A stretch of 64,000 nt of DNA from Bacillota bacterium (GTDB lineage Bacteria > Bacillota_I > Bacilli_A > RFN20 > CAG-826): the NCBI GenBank assembly GCA_030537155.1, contig JAUNOH010000005.1, positions 22,282 through 86,281 of the forward strand. The letters are read 5' to 3'. Shown piece by piece: positions 34,634 through 44,723 of this stretch. A model generated the notes under the pieces. It had not been told where the DNA came from, made no database searches, and saw only the letters and a list, made by a program, of their open reading frames with translations. A program made the translations under genes and the position numbers. Numbering within the stretch: the stretch's first letter is position 1; the number at the start of each line of letters is the position of its first letter.

Positions 34634-35158
34634 TCAATCGCGGCGCAGGGTTTTGGAGTTAACTACCAATGGAACCTCGAGTCCGTGCCACTTGATAGTG
34701 GCCGCATAATGGGGCTCGAGCTTAAAGCCGCACCTCTTGGCGGCCTTGGCGGAGGCTAGATTATCCTGGTGGTGATTCCAATATAGTTTGGATAGATTGA
34801 GTTCCTTCGCCCTCTTCTCGATGAGCTTGTAGGCATCCTCGATATAGCGGTTCCCCCAATACCTCTTCCCGAGCCAACAGCCGATCGAGGCCTCACTTGT
34901 AGTGAGGGGGAGCTCGCTGCCGGAGCCGATGTTGAGAGAGATATTGCCGATCAATTCGCCACTTTTCTTGAGGATGATGGCATAGTTCTCCTCAGATGAA
35001 AGCGGGCCCCTGATGGACTCCTCGCTATCTTTCATCGTCCGGTGGGCCTTCCAGGTCATATAACGGGTGACCTCGGGGTCGGAGGCGATGATGTATAGGG
35101 AGGTTGCATCCGAGATGAGGAAGGGGCGAAGCAATAGCTTCCGGCTTTCTAATTCCAT
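34634..35158 (-). CDS. GNAT N-acetyltransferase (RimJ/RimL-like)
   Basis: 174 aa with LGKRYWGNRYIEDA in the acetyl-CoA loop region. Confidence 0.75.
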   Translation of the reverse strand: MELESRKLLLRPFLISDATSLYIIASDPEVTRYMTWKAHRTMKDSEESIRGPLSSEENYAIILKKSGELIGNISLNIGSGSELPLTTSEASIGCWLGKRYWGNRYIEDAYKLIEKRAKELNLSKLYWNHHQDNLASAKAAKRCGFKLEPHYAATIKWHGLEVPLVVNSKTLRRD

Positions 35159-35225
35159 GGCCGATATTTCACACTAAGGCGGAGGGAAAGTGAAGCAGGA
35201 AGCTATCTCCAATTCGGAGAGTGAT

Positions 35226-35251
35226 GAAAAAAGCCCGCCGGGTAGCGGGCT
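35226..35251 (-). terminator. rho-independent terminator after leuS
   Basis: AGCCCGC-CGGGTA-GCGGGCT followed by T6 on the minus strand. Confidence 0.75.
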
Positions 35252-35257
35252 TTATTA

Positions 35258-37663
35258 TCAGTTGGCGACGATGTTGACGATCTTGTTGGGGACGACGATG
35301 ACCTTCCTTATCGTCTTGCCCTCGAGGAAGGGGACTAACTTCGGGTCGGAGAGGGCCAATTCCTTGGCCTGCTCCTCGTTTAGGTCGGTATTCATCTCGA
35401 CGACGTTCCTGACCTTGCCGTTGACCGAGAAGGCCATGTTCACCGTCTTCTTGACGAGTTTATCCTCCTCATAGGTCGGCCAGCTCTGGTAGGTCAATAG
35501 TTCCTCATGGCCCAAGAGGCTCCACATCTCCTCACCCACGAAGGGGCAGACGCAGGAGAAGACCTTCACGAAGCCCTCGAGGTAGGGTTTGTAGATCGAT
35601 TTGGCCTTATAGCAGTCATTGACGAAGACCATCATCTGGGCGATGGCGGTATTGAAGGATAGCTCCTCATAATCGGAGCTCGCCTTCTTGATGAGGAAGT
35701 TGTAGCTATAGTCGAGCTCACCCGAGTTCTCCTCGGAGATCTTCTTTTTGAACTCATCGTCATCGACGAGGCGGAAGACGCGTTCGATGAAGCGCTTGGA
35801 GCCATCGATCCCGGTCGGGGACCAAGGCTTGGCCTCATTCAAAGGTCCGGCGAACATCTCGAAGAGGCGGAGGGAATCCGCGCCGTGGGAGTTGACGATG
35901 TCGTCGGGGTTGACGACGTTGCCGCGGGACTTCGACATCTTCTCCCCGTTGGCCCCGAGGATCATGCCCTGATGGTATAGCCTCTGATAGGGCTCCTTGC
36001 ATTTGGTGACGCCGATGTCATAGAGGAATTTATGCCAGAAGCGGGAATATAGCAGATGCAACACGGCGTGCTCGGCGCCCCCGAGGTATAGATCGACGGG
36101 GAGCCAGTGCTCGATGAGCTTGCTATCGCAGAGGCAGTCATCGTTTTTGGGGTCGATGTAGCGGATGTAATACCAGCAGGAGCCGGCCCATTGGGGCATG
36201 GTGTTGGTCTCCCGGGTGCCTTTTTTGCCGTCTATCTCGACGTTAAGCCAGGAGGCGGGGGCCCGAGAAAGGGGCGGCTTCCCGTCCTTTGTGGGTTCAT
36301 ACGAATCCATCTCAGGCAGGGTTAACGGGAGCTGGTCTTCAGGGAGAGGAACCACGCTGCCATCGGATAAAATCACCATCGGGATCGGCTCGCCCCAATA
36401 ACGTTGACGGGAGAAGATCCAGTCGCGGAGCTTGAAGTTGATGACGCGCTTGCCGGCGCCTAATTCCTCGAGCTTCTTGGTGATGGCGGCCTTTGCCTCG
36501 GTGATATATAGCCCATTGGCGAAGTCGGAGTTGATATGTTTGGCATCGTCCACCATGGCGGTCTCGGAGATGTCGCCCTCGAGGACCTGGATGATGGGGA
36601 GGTCATATTTCTTGGCGAAGGCATAATCCCTCTCGTCGTGGGCCGGCACGGCCATGACGGCGCCTGAGCCATAGGAGCCCAAGACATAGTCTCCAACGTA
36701 GACGGGAACCTTCCTTCCGTTGATGGGGTTAACGGCATAGACCCCGAGGAAGACTCCGGTTTTATCCTTTTCCAAAGAGGTCCTGGCGAGGTCGCTCTTC
36801 TTGGCGCTTTCCTCGATGTAGGAGTCCACCGCTTCCTTCTGCTCGGGAGTAACGAGCTTCTTCACGAGGGGGTGTTCGGGGGCCAACACGCAGTAGGTGC
36901 AGCCGAATAGGGTATCGACTCGGGTGGTGAAAACCTCAAAGGATTCCGTGGCCCCATCGATGGTGAATTTTATTTGAACACCTTCGCTCCTGCCGATCCA
37001 GTTCTTCTGCATCTCGATGGTGGATTTGGGCCAGTTTAGGCCCTCCAAATCCTTCTCGAGGCGCTCGGCGTAGGCGGTGATCTTGAGGATCCACTGCCTC
37101 ATCGGCATCCTGATGACGGGGTAGCCGCCACGCTCGGATTTTCCATCTATCACCTCTTCGTTGGCCAAGACGGTGCCGAGCTCCGGGCAATAGTTGACCG
37201 GGACGTCGGAGACATAGGCCAGATCGTGCTTATAAAGCTGGATGAAGATCCACTGGGTCCACTTGTAATAGGAGGGGTCGGTGGTCGAGATCTCCTTGCT
37301 CCAGTCATAGGAAAAGCCCAGCGACTGGATCTGGTCCTTGAAGTGGGCGATGTTGGCCTGGGTGAAGATATCGGGGTGCTTGTGGTTTTTGATGGCGAAT
37401 TGCTCGGCCGGGAGGCCAAAGGCGTCCCAACCCATCGGGTGGAGGACGTTATAGCCCTGCATCCTCTTCATCCTGGCGACTATATCGGTGCCGGTATAGC
37501 CCTCGGGATGGCCGACGTGCAGCCCCTGCCCGGAGGGATAGGGGAACATGTCCAAAACATAGTATTTGGGTTTGGAAAAATCGTGGGTGTCGCAATAGTA
37601 GGTATTGTGTTCTTCCCAGTATTTCCGCCACTTCTTCTCAATGGCTTTGAAATCGTATGACAT
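35258..37663 (-). CDS. leuS: leucine--tRNA ligase
   Basis: 801 aa with HVGHPEGY (HIGH) and KMSKS motifs. Confidence 0.97.
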   Translation of the reverse strand: MSYDFKAIEKKWRKYWEEHNTYYCDTHDFSKPKYYVLDMFPYPSGQGLHVGHPEGYTGTDIVARMKRMQGYNVLHPMGWDAFGLPAEQFAIKNHKHPDIFTQANIAHFKDQIQSLGFSYDWSKEISTTDPSYYKWTQWIFIQLYKHDLAYVSDVPVNYCPELGTVLANEEVIDGKSERGGYPVIRMPMRQWILKITAYAERLEKDLEGLNWPKSTIEMQKNWIGRSEGVQIKFTIDGATESFEVFTTRVDTLFGCTYCVLAPEHPLVKKLVTPEQKEAVDSYIEESAKKSDLARTSLEKDKTGVFLGVYAVNPINGRKVPVYVGDYVLGSYGSGAVMAVPAHDERDYAFAKKYDLPIIQVLEGDISETAMVDDAKHINSDFANGLYITEAKAAITKKLEELGAGKRVINFKLRDWIFSRQRYWGEPIPMVILSDGSVVPLPEDQLPLTLPEMDSYEPTKDGKPPLSRAPASWLNVEIDGKKGTRETNTMPQWAGSCWYYIRYIDPKNDDCLCDSKLIEHWLPVDLYLGGAEHAVLHLLYSRFWHKFLYDIGVTKCKEPYQRLYHQGMILGANGEKMSKSRGNVVNPDDIVNSHGADSLRLFEMFAGPLNEAKPWSPTGIDGSKRFIERVFRLVDDDEFKKKISEENSGELDYSYNFLIKKASSDYEELSFNTAIAQMMVFVNDCYKAKSIYKPYLEGFVKVFSCVCPFVGEEMWSLLGHEELLTYQSWPTYEEDKLVKKTVNMAFSVNGKVRNVVEMNTDLNEEQAKELALSDPKLVPFLEGKTIRKVIVVPNKIVNIVAN

Positions 37664-37690
37664 AACGCGGAAATTTTAACGCGTACGCAT

Positions 37691-39127
37691 TTAGGCGCAA
37701 ATAGATTTGTAGAGTCCGAGGTATAGTTCGGCGCTGACGGCCCAGGAGTTATCCTTCTCAAGGCACTGCTTCTGGATGGCCTTGAATAGCTTGGGTTTCT
37801 CGTATAGCTCCATGGCCAAATTGCAGGCATAACGGAGGCCGCCGATGTCGTAATCCTTAAAGCCGATGCCGGTGCACTTATCATCGGGCACATCCTTATA
37901 TCCGGCCACCGTGTCGGCTAGACCGCCGGTGTATCTGACGATCGGGAGGGTGCCGTAGGCCTGGGCCACCATCTGCCCGATGCCGCACGGTTCGAAGGAA
38001 GAGGGCATCAGGAAGTAATCGCTTGAGGCATAGACCTTGTGGGCCCTTTCGTTGGAGTAGCCGATGTAGATGCCAACCTGCTCGGGATAGGCTTTCCTAA
38101 GCTGCTCCATCCTCTGCTCGAGGCCGTATTCGCCCGAGCCGCATAAGACGAAGTGGGCGCCCCTATCCAATAGCTCGGGGAGGACGTCGGCCACCAGGTC
38201 GATGCCTTTTTGGAAGGTGAGGCGCGAGACGAGGCCGAAGGTCGGTCCTCCGTGGTCCTTCATGCCACATTCCTCGAAGAGGGCGTCGCGGTTGGCCTTC
38301 TTGCCCTTGGAGAAGTCCTTAATGGAGAAATGATGCGGGATATAGGCGTCGGTCCCGGGGTTGAACTCCTCGGTGTCGATACCGTTTAGGAAGCCGCAGA
38401 AATCGAATTCGCGGGTCCACATGACCCCATCCAGCCCGAAGGAGCCCTCGCGGGTGAGCAGCTCATTCCTATGGGTGGGCGAGACGGTGGTGATCTTATT
38501 GGAGTAGACGATGCCGGCCTTTAAAGTCGAGACCATGTTCTCGAAGCGCGTCGAGCCATCGTCATATAAAGACATCGGGAGGTTATATAGATCGCCCAAG
38601 GCGTTCGGGGCCAGATACCCCTTGAAGGCCGGGTTATGGATGGTCAGGACGAATTTTACGTTACTGAAGAAGGCGTTGTGCCGATTCTGAATCTTGACCA
38701 AAACCGGGATCATGCCGGTCTGCCAGTCGTGGATATGGATGACGTCAGGGCGGTATTTGATGAATTCGAATAATCCCCTGGCGGCCAAGGAGAAGAAGGC
38801 GAAGCGCTCGCCATCATCGTCATAGCCGTATAGCTGCGGGCGGTTGAAGTATTCGTCATTCCCAATCAGATAGTAGGTGATGCCGTCGATCTCGGTCTTG
38901 TAGATGTCGGCCATCCCCCTCCGCCAGGATAGGTAGACCAAAAAGCCGCCGACCCTCTCGACGGGGCGGCCCTTCAAGGCCTTGTTCACCGAGGCGTAAT
39001 AGGGCATGACGCAGATGACTTCCTCGCCCTTTTTGACGATTTCCTTGGACAAGGCGTAGACGACGTCGGCTAAACCCCCGGATTTGGCGAGCGGGTTGAT
39101 CTCGCTGGCGACCATTGCGATTTTCAT
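37691..39127 (-). CDS. glgA: glycogen synthase (ADP-glucose type)
   Basis: N-terminal EINPLAKSGGLADVV motif; 478 aa. Confidence 0.95.
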   Translation of the reverse strand: MKIAMVASEINPLAKSGGLADVVYALSKEIVKKGEEVICVMPYYASVNKALKGRPVERVGGFLVYLSWRRGMADIYKTEIDGITYYLIGNDEYFNRPQLYGYDDDGERFAFFSLAARGLFEFIKYRPDVIHIHDWQTGMIPVLVKIQNRHNAFFSNVKFVLTIHNPAFKGYLAPNALGDLYNLPMSLYDDGSTRFENMVSTLKAGIVYSNKITTVSPTHRNELLTREGSFGLDGVMWTREFDFCGFLNGIDTEEFNPGTDAYIPHHFSIKDFSKGKKANRDALFEECGMKDHGGPTFGLVSRLTFQKGIDLVADVLPELLDRGAHFVLCGSGEYGLEQRMEQLRKAYPEQVGIYIGYSNERAHKVYASSDYFLMPSSFEPCGIGQMVAQAYGTLPIVRYTGGLADTVAGYKDVPDDKCTGIGFKDYDIGGLRYACNLAMELYEKPKLFKAIQKQCLEKDNSWAVSAELYLGLYKSICA

Positions 39128-39173
39128 ATTTCTCTTCCTTCTGCCCGGCGAAAACGTTTGACGTTATGGGCAA

Positions 39174-39187
39174 TGTAAGCGCGTTCA
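39174..39187. promoter_or_regulatory. cre-like palindrome upstream of glgA
   Basis: TGTAAGCGCGTTCA, one mismatch to TGWAANCGNTNWCA. Confidence 0.4.
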
Positions 39188-39364
39188 AACTATTTTAGTC
39201 TAGCGCGCGTGAGCATGCAAGGAAGGGCCAAGGACTCTAGTTAAGGCGCATAAAAAACGGCGTAAATCCACCACCGCTTTATCCCCTGCACACAAAAAGG
39301 CAATTTCCTTTTCTCGGGATGGCCCCTTCAATATAAAATCATCTTAATAGAGAGGTTCCGCCCC

Positions 39365-39748
39365 ATGAAAAAGAAGACGATTGCCCTGGTGGCCCACGAC
39401 AAGAAGAAGCCCGAGATGATTAACTGGGCCATCGCCAATAAGGAGAGGCTCTCCCAGTTCGAGCTATGCGGGACCGGCACCACCGCCAAATTGGTGGCCG
39501 AGGCCACCGGACTCAAGGTGAAGGGCTATCTATCGGGTCCCTTGGGCGGCGACCAGCAGATCGGGGCCAAAATCGCCGAGGGGAAGATCGACATCGTCAT
39601 CTTCTTTTGGGATCCGCTAAATGCCCAACCCCATGATCCCGATGTGAAGGCGCTGCTTAGGATCGCGGCCGTCTACGATATCCCCCTAGCCACCAACCCA
39701 TCCTCGGCCAATTACATCCTCCAATCCCGCTTCCTAGACGCCCAATAG
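39365..39748 (+). CDS. mgsA: methylglyoxal synthase
   Basis: [10 protein letters not shown]...GGDQQIGA motifs; 127 aa. Confidence 0.92.
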   Translation: MKKKTIALVAHDKKKPEMINWAIANKERLSQFELCGTGTTAKLVAEATGLKVKGYLSGPLGGDQQIGAKIAEGKIDIVIFFWDPLNAQPHDPDVKALLRIAAVYDIPLATNPSSANYILQSRFLDAQ

Positions 39749-39762
39749 GGCGTTTTCTTTTT
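39738..39762 (+). terminator. mgsA terminator
   Basis: ACGCCC-AATA-GGGCGT followed by TTTCTTTTT. Confidence 0.6.
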
Positions 39763-39767
39763 CATAG

Positions 39768-39792
39768 AAAAAGCCCCGGTTTCCCGGGGCAG
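39768..39792 (-). terminator. glgD terminator
   Basis: GCCCCGG-GAAA-CCGGGGC followed by T5 on the minus strand. Confidence 0.7.
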
Positions 39793-39805
39793 TTTATTTA
39801 TTGGA

Positions 39806-40942
39806 TCAGACGATGGCGCCTTGGCGGAGGTAGACGTATTCGTGCTTATCCCCCTTCAGGACGTGGTCTTTGGTGATGATGGCGTATTTGTCCACCAGCA
39901 TGTTCTCGATGTGGCAGTTCTCGCCGATCGAGACGTTGGAGAGGACGATGCAGTTCTTCACCGTCGAGCCCTTCCCGATCCTGACGTCACGGGAGATGAT
40001 CGAGTTCTCCACCTTCCCCTCGACGATGGCGCCGTTGGAGATGAAGGAGTTGTTGACCGCGCTATCCTCGCCATATAAGGCCGGCGGGGTGTCGTGGGTC
40101 AAGGTGTAATGGGGCCAGTATTCGTTGAAGAGGTTCATGAAGACCTCGCGATCGAATAGCTCGAAGGAGTAGTCCATGAAGTGCTCGAAGGAATCGAAGC
40201 AGCGGACATAGCCCTTGAATTCATAGGTGTGGATCTTGAAGATGCCGGATTTGCCGAGGGCGTCGATCATCTCCTTGATGCCGGCCTCCTCGTCTATCAT
40301 CGAGCGGCGGCCGACCCTCCTGGCGCACATATCGGCCAAGACGGTGCGGTTGATGATCCAGGTCTCCATCGAGACGAGGGCCGGACCTTCGGTCTTGCCG
40401 TCGTTGGCGCGGGTGGAGATGACGTAGCCATCCCCGTCGACGCGGAGGATGTTGGAGGAGGAGAACTCCTTCGAGGCATCCTTCACCTTGGTGGTGACGA
40501 CGGTGATCTTCTCGTTGCGGGCGATATGCTCGTTGAGGATGGGGCGGAGATCGAGGTTGCAGACGATGTGGGTCGGCTGGATGACGATGTAGTCGGCATT
40601 CGAGTCGAAGATGACCCAGTCGTTCTCGTTGATGTTGGCCAGATCGGTGTTGGTGGCCGGATCGAGGACGCCCTTCTCGTTATACATGATGGTCGAGCGA
40701 CCGATCTTGGTGTTGCTGACCCAGCTGGACATCGTCCTCATGTGCTTGAGGACGGAACGCGGGTGCTCTTTGATTAGGACGCCGACGGTCTCGATGCCGG
40801 AGTTGGTGAAGTTGGACATGGCGAAATCCATGAAGGCATACCTTCCGAGGAAGGAGGTCGAGCCGACGGTTCTGGAGTCGGTGACTTCCCCGAGGGACGG
40901 GGCGTTATGGAAATCGAGGATTCCGATTACGTTGTTGGCCAT
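39806..40942 (-). CDS. glgD: glucose-1-phosphate adenylyltransferase subunit GlgD
   Basis: GlgC paralogue lacking the GGxGxRL loop. It has a left-handed beta-helix C-terminus and lies directly after glgC. Confidence 0.85.
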   Translation of the reverse strand: MANNVIGILDFHNAPSLGEVTDSRTVGSTSFLGRYAFMDFAMSNFTNSGIETVGVLIKEHPRSVLKHMRTMSSWVSNTKIGRSTIMYNEKGVLDPATNTDLANINENDWVIFDSNADYIVIQPTHIVCNLDLRPILNEHIARNEKITVVTTKVKDASKEFSSSNILRVDGDGYVISTRANDGKTEGPALVSMETWIINRTVLADMCARRVGRRSMIDEEAGIKEMIDALGKSGIFKIHTYEFKGYVRCFDSFEHFMDYSFELFDREVFMNLFNEYWPHYTLTHDTPPALYGEDSAVNNSFISNGAIVEGKVENSIISRDVRIGKGSTVKNCIVLSNVSIGENCHIENMLVDKYAIITKDHVLKGDKHEYVYLRQGAIV

Positions 40943-40944
40943 CT

Positions 40945-42078
40945 TTATTCCTCCAAATTGCCGGCGACTAAGGCGATTTCCTTGCGGTCGGCGTTGATTA
41001 TCGAGTTGTCGGCGATCTTGGTGTCGGGTCCGACGATGGCGTCGTAGATCTTGCAGTTCTTGCCGACCTTGGCGCCGTACATGATGACGGAGTTATAGAC
41101 CTCGCTGCCCTCATCGACGAAGGATTCGTTGGAGATGACGCAGTGGTCGACCTTGCCGAGGATATAGGCGCCCTGGTTGATGAGGCAATCCTTGACCACG
41201 GCCGATTTGCCGATGTATTGCGGGGCCGAGCAGGTGTCTTCCGAATAGATGCGGTTGTTGCCCTGGACGGTGTAGAGGTTGGTGGCGGTCTCGTCGTTTA
41301 AGAGGAGATCCATATTGGCCTGGTGGAGGCTGGCGACGGTGCCGACGTCCTTCCAATAGCCACGGTAGGTGTAGGCCATCAGCTTCTTGCCCTGCTTGAG
41401 CATGTTCGGGATGATGTTCTTGCCGAAGTCGTGCTCGCTATTCTCATCCTTGGCATCGGCCCTTAAGGCCGCGCGGAGGGTCTTGTAGGTGAAGATGTAG
41501 ATACCCATCGAGGCGAGGTTGCTATCGGGGTTTTTGGGTTTCTCGGTGAACTTGACGATCTCATCCTTCTCGTTGACGGTCAGGATGCCGAAGCGCGGGG
41601 CCTCCTCCCAGGGGACCTCGATGACCGAGATGGTGCAGTCAGCCTTATTGGCGATGTGCTTCTTGAGCATGTCCTCGTAGGAGCAGGAATAGATGTGGTC
41701 GCCGGAAAGGATGAGCACATATTCCGGGTCGACGACGTCGAGCCAGTCGATGTTCTGATAGATGGCGTCGGCGGTGCCGCTATACCAATTGCTCCCCTCG
41801 TCGGTCTGCTTGGGGGTTAACACCGAGGTCATTGACCTGACCCCGTTTAAGCCCCACTTCTCACCGTTTCCGATGTAGCCGTTGAGGGCACTTGACTCAT
41901 ATTGAGTCAGAACACCTATGTAGGTGATACCTGAGTTGGCGCAATTTGATAACGGGAAGTCGATGATACGGTATTTCCCCCCATAGGAAACGGCCGGCTT
42001 CGCGACTTTCTTCGTCAAAGCCTTAAGGCGAGTGCCTTTGCCGCCTGCTAGGATCATTGCCGCCATTTGCGTTGACAT
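40945..42078 (-). CDS. glgC: glucose-1-phosphate adenylyltransferase
   Basis: MSTQMAAMILAGGKGTRL from the ATG at 42078, preceded by GGAGGA. The 43-codon N-terminal extension in the track ORF is rejected. Confidence 0.93.
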   Translation of the reverse strand: MSTQMAAMILAGGKGTRLKALTKKVAKPAVSYGGKYRIIDFPLSNCANSGITYIGVLTQYESSALNGYIGNGEKWGLNGVRSMTSVLTPKQTDEGSNWYSGTADAIYQNIDWLDVVDPEYVLILSGDHIYSCSYEDMLKKHIANKADCTISVIEVPWEEAPRFGILTVNEKDEIVKFTEKPKNPDSNLASMGIYIFTYKTLRAALRADAKDENSEHDFGKNIIPNMLKQGKKLMAYTYRGYWKDVGTVASLHQANMDLLLNDETATNLYTVQGNNRIYSEDTCSAPQYIGKSAVVKDCLINQGAYILGKVDHCVISNESFVDEGSEVYNSVIMYGAKVGKNCKIYDAIVGPDTKIADNSIINADRKEIALVAGNLEE

Positions 42079-42091
42079 GATGATTCCTCCA

Positions 42092-42105
42092 TGTAAGTGG
42101 TTACA
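42092..42105. promoter_or_regulatory. cre-like palindrome abutting the glgC RBS
   Basis: TGTAAGTGGTTACA, one mismatch to the cre consensus, 13 nt upstream of the glgC ATG. Confidence 0.4.
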
Positions 42106-42227
42106 TTGAATTATAGCACTTACCCGAGCGCATGCGAGAGCGAATGCGTGCATCATGAATTTTGTTGTTTCCAAAAAAGCCCTATGGTATAGTCTTGAAC
42201 GCGTCAAACGCGAATGAGGTGATATTT

Positions 42228-42437
42228 ATGTCGAAGAAATGCCCGATTACCGGCAAAGGACCCCTATCTGGGAACAACCGCTCCCACTCTTTAAGGGCGA
42301 CCCGCCGCCGCTGGAACGTCAACCTCCAGAAGTATAAAGTCGAGGTCGATGGTAAGATGGTTACCGTCAAGATGAGCGCCCGCGCCTATCGCACCCTCAA
42401 CAAATCGACCGGCAAATCCGCCAAGGAAGCCGAATAA
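42228..42437 (+). CDS. rpmB: 50S ribosomal protein L28
   Basis: MSKKCPITGKGPLSGNNRSHSLRATRRRWNVNLQ. Confidence 0.95.
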   Translation: MSKKCPITGKGPLSGNNRSHSLRATRRRWNVNLQKYKVEVDGKMVTVKMSARAYRTLNKSTGKSAKEAE

Positions 42438-42452
42438 GCACCTCAAAAAAAG

Positions 42453-42482
42453 AAAAAACGGCCAGGGAACTGGCCTTTTTTA
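42453..42482. terminator. bidirectional terminator after rpmB
   Basis: GGCCAG-GGAA-CTGGCC flanked by A6 and T6 runs. Confidence 0.75.
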
Positions 42483-42491
42483 TTGCCTATA

Positions 42492-43196
42492 TCAGGCGAG
42501 ATAGAGGGCTAGGCCCAATAGGGTCAGCATCACCGAGAGGCAATCGCAGATTATGGTTGCCCACTCGGAGAAGGCGAGGATGAATAGCTTCGGGCGGGTG
42601 ATGGCAAGGTCGCCATCCTCGGTCGGCTTGGATTCCATCCTTGCCCAGTCCCCGAATTTGGGGGAGAGCATCGTCAAGACCCTGATAGCCGCCAATAGGA
42701 AGAGGATGAGGGCGAGATAGAAGGCCCCGGTGTAGGCCCCGTTATCGAGGTTCCATAAATAAAGGCCGCCCATGGCCGCGCATAAGGCCATCAAAGAAAA
42801 ATATATGCTGGTCAAAAGGATATGTTGCTTATGGTAGCTGGCCGGGATGATGAAGAGGAAAAGGAGCACCACTTCCTCGGCGAAGTGGATGAGGGCCACC
42901 GAGAGGGCCAGATAGAACATGCTGGTCCGACTGGCGATGAATAGATCCATCAAAAAATAGGTGGAGGCCGCCGAGCAGAGCAGATAGATGCCAAGAAGCG
43001 CCTTCAAATATATGGAGCCGGATTGGCCCTGACTCATCATCTCAAACGGGAAATGGTTGAGGAGGGAGTATTTCTCCAGTCCCCTTTTGGCGGCCTGATA
43101 GGAGAGCCTGCCCAAAATGATGAGGCAAGAAAGGATGACCGGCAGGGCGACGATGGCAAAGATTATCAAGGCGAATCTAGTCTGCTCCGGGATCAT
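42492..43196 (-). CDS. hypothetical polytopic membrane protein
   Basis: 234 aa with ~6 TM segments. Its start overlaps the rpe stop. Confidence 0.55.
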   Translation of the reverse strand: MIPEQTRFALIIFAIVALPVILSCLIILGRLSYQAAKRGLEKYSLLNHFPFEMMSQGQSGSIYLKALLGIYLLCSAASTYFLMDLFIASRTSMFYLALSVALIHFAEEVVLLFLFIIPASYHKQHILLTSIYFSLMALCAAMGGLYLWNLDNGAYTGAFYLALILFLLAAIRVLTMLSPKFGDWARMESKPTEDGDLAITRPKLFILAFSEWATIICDCLSVMLTLLGLALYLA

Positions 43197-43846
43197 TTCC
43201 CTAATAGGGCCTTAGCCCTCTCCTTGATGTCCTCATGGCCGTATAGGTAGCTCCCGGCCACCAAGATGTCGGCCCCGGCTTCGAGGCACATCTTCCCGGT
43301 TTCCCCGTTGATGCCCCCGTCGACCTCGATGAGGCAGTTATAGCCGTTGGCATCGATATGGTGCCGGAGGGTTTTGATCTTCTCCAGCGACTCGGGGATG
43401 AACTTCTGGCCGCCTTTGCCGGGTTCGACCGACATGACCAAGACGAGCTTAACTAACGGAAGATAGGGGAAAACCTCCTCCACCGCCGTGTTGGGCTTAA
43501 TCGAGATGCCGGCCTCGGCCCCATCCTTTTCGATGGCGGCGATGGTTTCCAGACCCTGCCTGAAATCTTCGACGGCCTCGAGGTGGAAGGTGACGATGTC
43601 CGCGCCTTTTTTGGCGAATCTAGACCCCCACTCCCACGGCTTCTCGACCATGATGTGGACGTCTTTGACCAAATCGGTGTTGGGGTTGACGATATCCATC
43701 AGGGATTCGTCCCAGGTGGTGTTGGGGACGAATTTGCCGTCCATGATGTCGATGTGGAGGTATTTTGCCCCGATTCTCTTAGCCAGCTTAAAGGCGCCGG
43801 GCAAATCGGCTTTATCGGCGGCTAATATCGAGGGGGCCAAAATCAT
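43193..43846 (-). CDS. rpe: ribulose-phosphate 3-epimerase
   Basis: LHIDIMDGKFVPN and VDGGIN motifs. Confidence 0.93.
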   Translation of the reverse strand: MILAPSILAADKADLPGAFKLAKRIGAKYLHIDIMDGKFVPNTTWDESLMDIVNPNTDLVKDVHIMVEKPWEWGSRFAKKGADIVTFHLEAVEDFRQGLETIAAIEKDGAEAGISIKPNTAVEEVFPYLPLVKLVLVMSVEPGKGGQKFIPESLEKIKTLRHHIDANGYNCLIEVDGGINGETGKMCLEAGADILVAGSYLYGHEDIKERAKALLGK

Positions 43847-43847
43847 A

Positions 43848-44723
43848 TCACTTGAATCCGAATATCTTGGAGAAGAGGCTCTTCCTCTCCTTGAAGGCGT
43901 CTTTATCCGCCATCGCCTTCTTGATGGCGTCGTGCATCTCCATGGCGCTGCGATAACGTTCCTCGGGGCGCTTGCGGCAGGCGGTTATGATTATTTTATC
44001 AAGGCTCCGCGGGATGGAGGGGACGCTTTTGGAGGCTTCCGGGAAGCGGTTCTTTATCTGCTTTATGGCCACTTCCTCCGGCGAATTCCCCTCGAATGGG
44101 ACCCTTCCGGTCAACAATTCATAGTAGACGACGCCCATCGAGTAGATGTCGCTCTGCTCGCTGGCGTCCCCGCCGGTCAATATCTCGGGGGCGGTGTAGT
44201 AAATGGTGCCCTGAATGGAATCCCCGGATTCCCTTTTGGCCCCCACTTCAGTGGCGATGCCGAAATCGGATATCTTCAGCGTCCCATCGGAGAGGTAAAA
44301 AAGGTTATCGGGCTTGATGTCCCGGTGGATGATGCCATGCCGATGGATATAGGCGATGCCGGAGGTCAATTGGAGCATGACCTCGGAGCTCTGGGCATAG
44401 CTTAAGGCCACCGAGAACTGGAGCTTGTCGCGGAGGGTCTGTCCCTTGATGTATTCCTGGGCCATATAGGGACGGCCCTCATATTCCCCGCGGTCGAAGA
44501 CCTTGACGATGTTGGGGTTTCTCAAACTGGCGGCCGCGGCCGTCTCGTTGGCGAAGCGCTGGACGTTTTTGGGGTCGTTTTTGAGCTCTGCCTTCATGAT
44601 TTTCAAAGTGACGACCTTCCTTTGGACGAGGTCATTGGCCTCATACACGTCGGCCATCCCGCCGGTGGCGATGCGGCTGACGATGCGGTAACGCTCACCG
44701 ATCTTATCGCCGATCTTAATCAT
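43848..44723 (-). CDS. prkC: Ser/Thr protein kinase, catalytic domain only (no TM/PASTA)
   Basis: HRDIKPDN, DFG and APE motifs. Starting at the ATG at 44723 (MIKIGDKIGERYRIV) gives 291 aa. Confidence 0.88.
   Translation of the reverse strand: MIKIGDKIGERYRIVSRIATGGMADVYEANDLVQRKVVTLKIMKAELKNDPKNVQRFANETAAAASLRNPNIVKVFDRGEYEGRPYMAQEYIKGQTLRDKLQFSVALSYAQSSEVMLQLTSGIAYIHRHGIIHRDIKPDNLFYLSDGTLKISDFGIATEVGAKRESGDSIQGTIYYTAPEILTGGDASEQSDIYSMGVVYYELLTGRVPFEGNSPEEVAIKQIKNRFPEASKSVPSIPRSLDKIIITACRKRPEERYRSAMEMHDAIKKAMADKDAFKERKSLFSKIFGFK

Noticed and set aside
37664-37690. A T-box leader expected upstream of leuS.
   Set aside because: Only 27 bp separate the leuS ATG from the glgA stop, which leaves no room for a T-box riboswitch. 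leuS appears to be co-transcribed with glgA.
42079-42207. N-terminal extensions suggested by the six-frame track: glgC 43 codons, and similarly for pstA, nfeD, NAPRTase, ytpR, prkC, stp, atpC, atpB, pncA and rqcH.
   Set aside because: In each case an internal ATG gives the family-typical N-terminus. That ATG is preceded by a GGAGG-like RBS or abuts or overlaps the upstream stop codon. The extensions overlap upstream genes or promoters.
43488-44405. A 305-aa plus-strand ORF, plus many similar long antisense ORFs (e.g. 31676..32476, 40181..40777, 56686..57198, 26476..27003, 47715..48347, 61634..62515).
   Set aside because: They lie antisense to, or out of frame with, well-supported genes (rpe/prkC, dipeptidase, glgD, atpG/atpD, lacI, atpI/pncA). 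They span gene boundaries and have low-complexity G/A/D/V/R/P-rich translations. The strong C/G third-position bias of the real genes explains them, because it depletes stop codons on the opposite strand.
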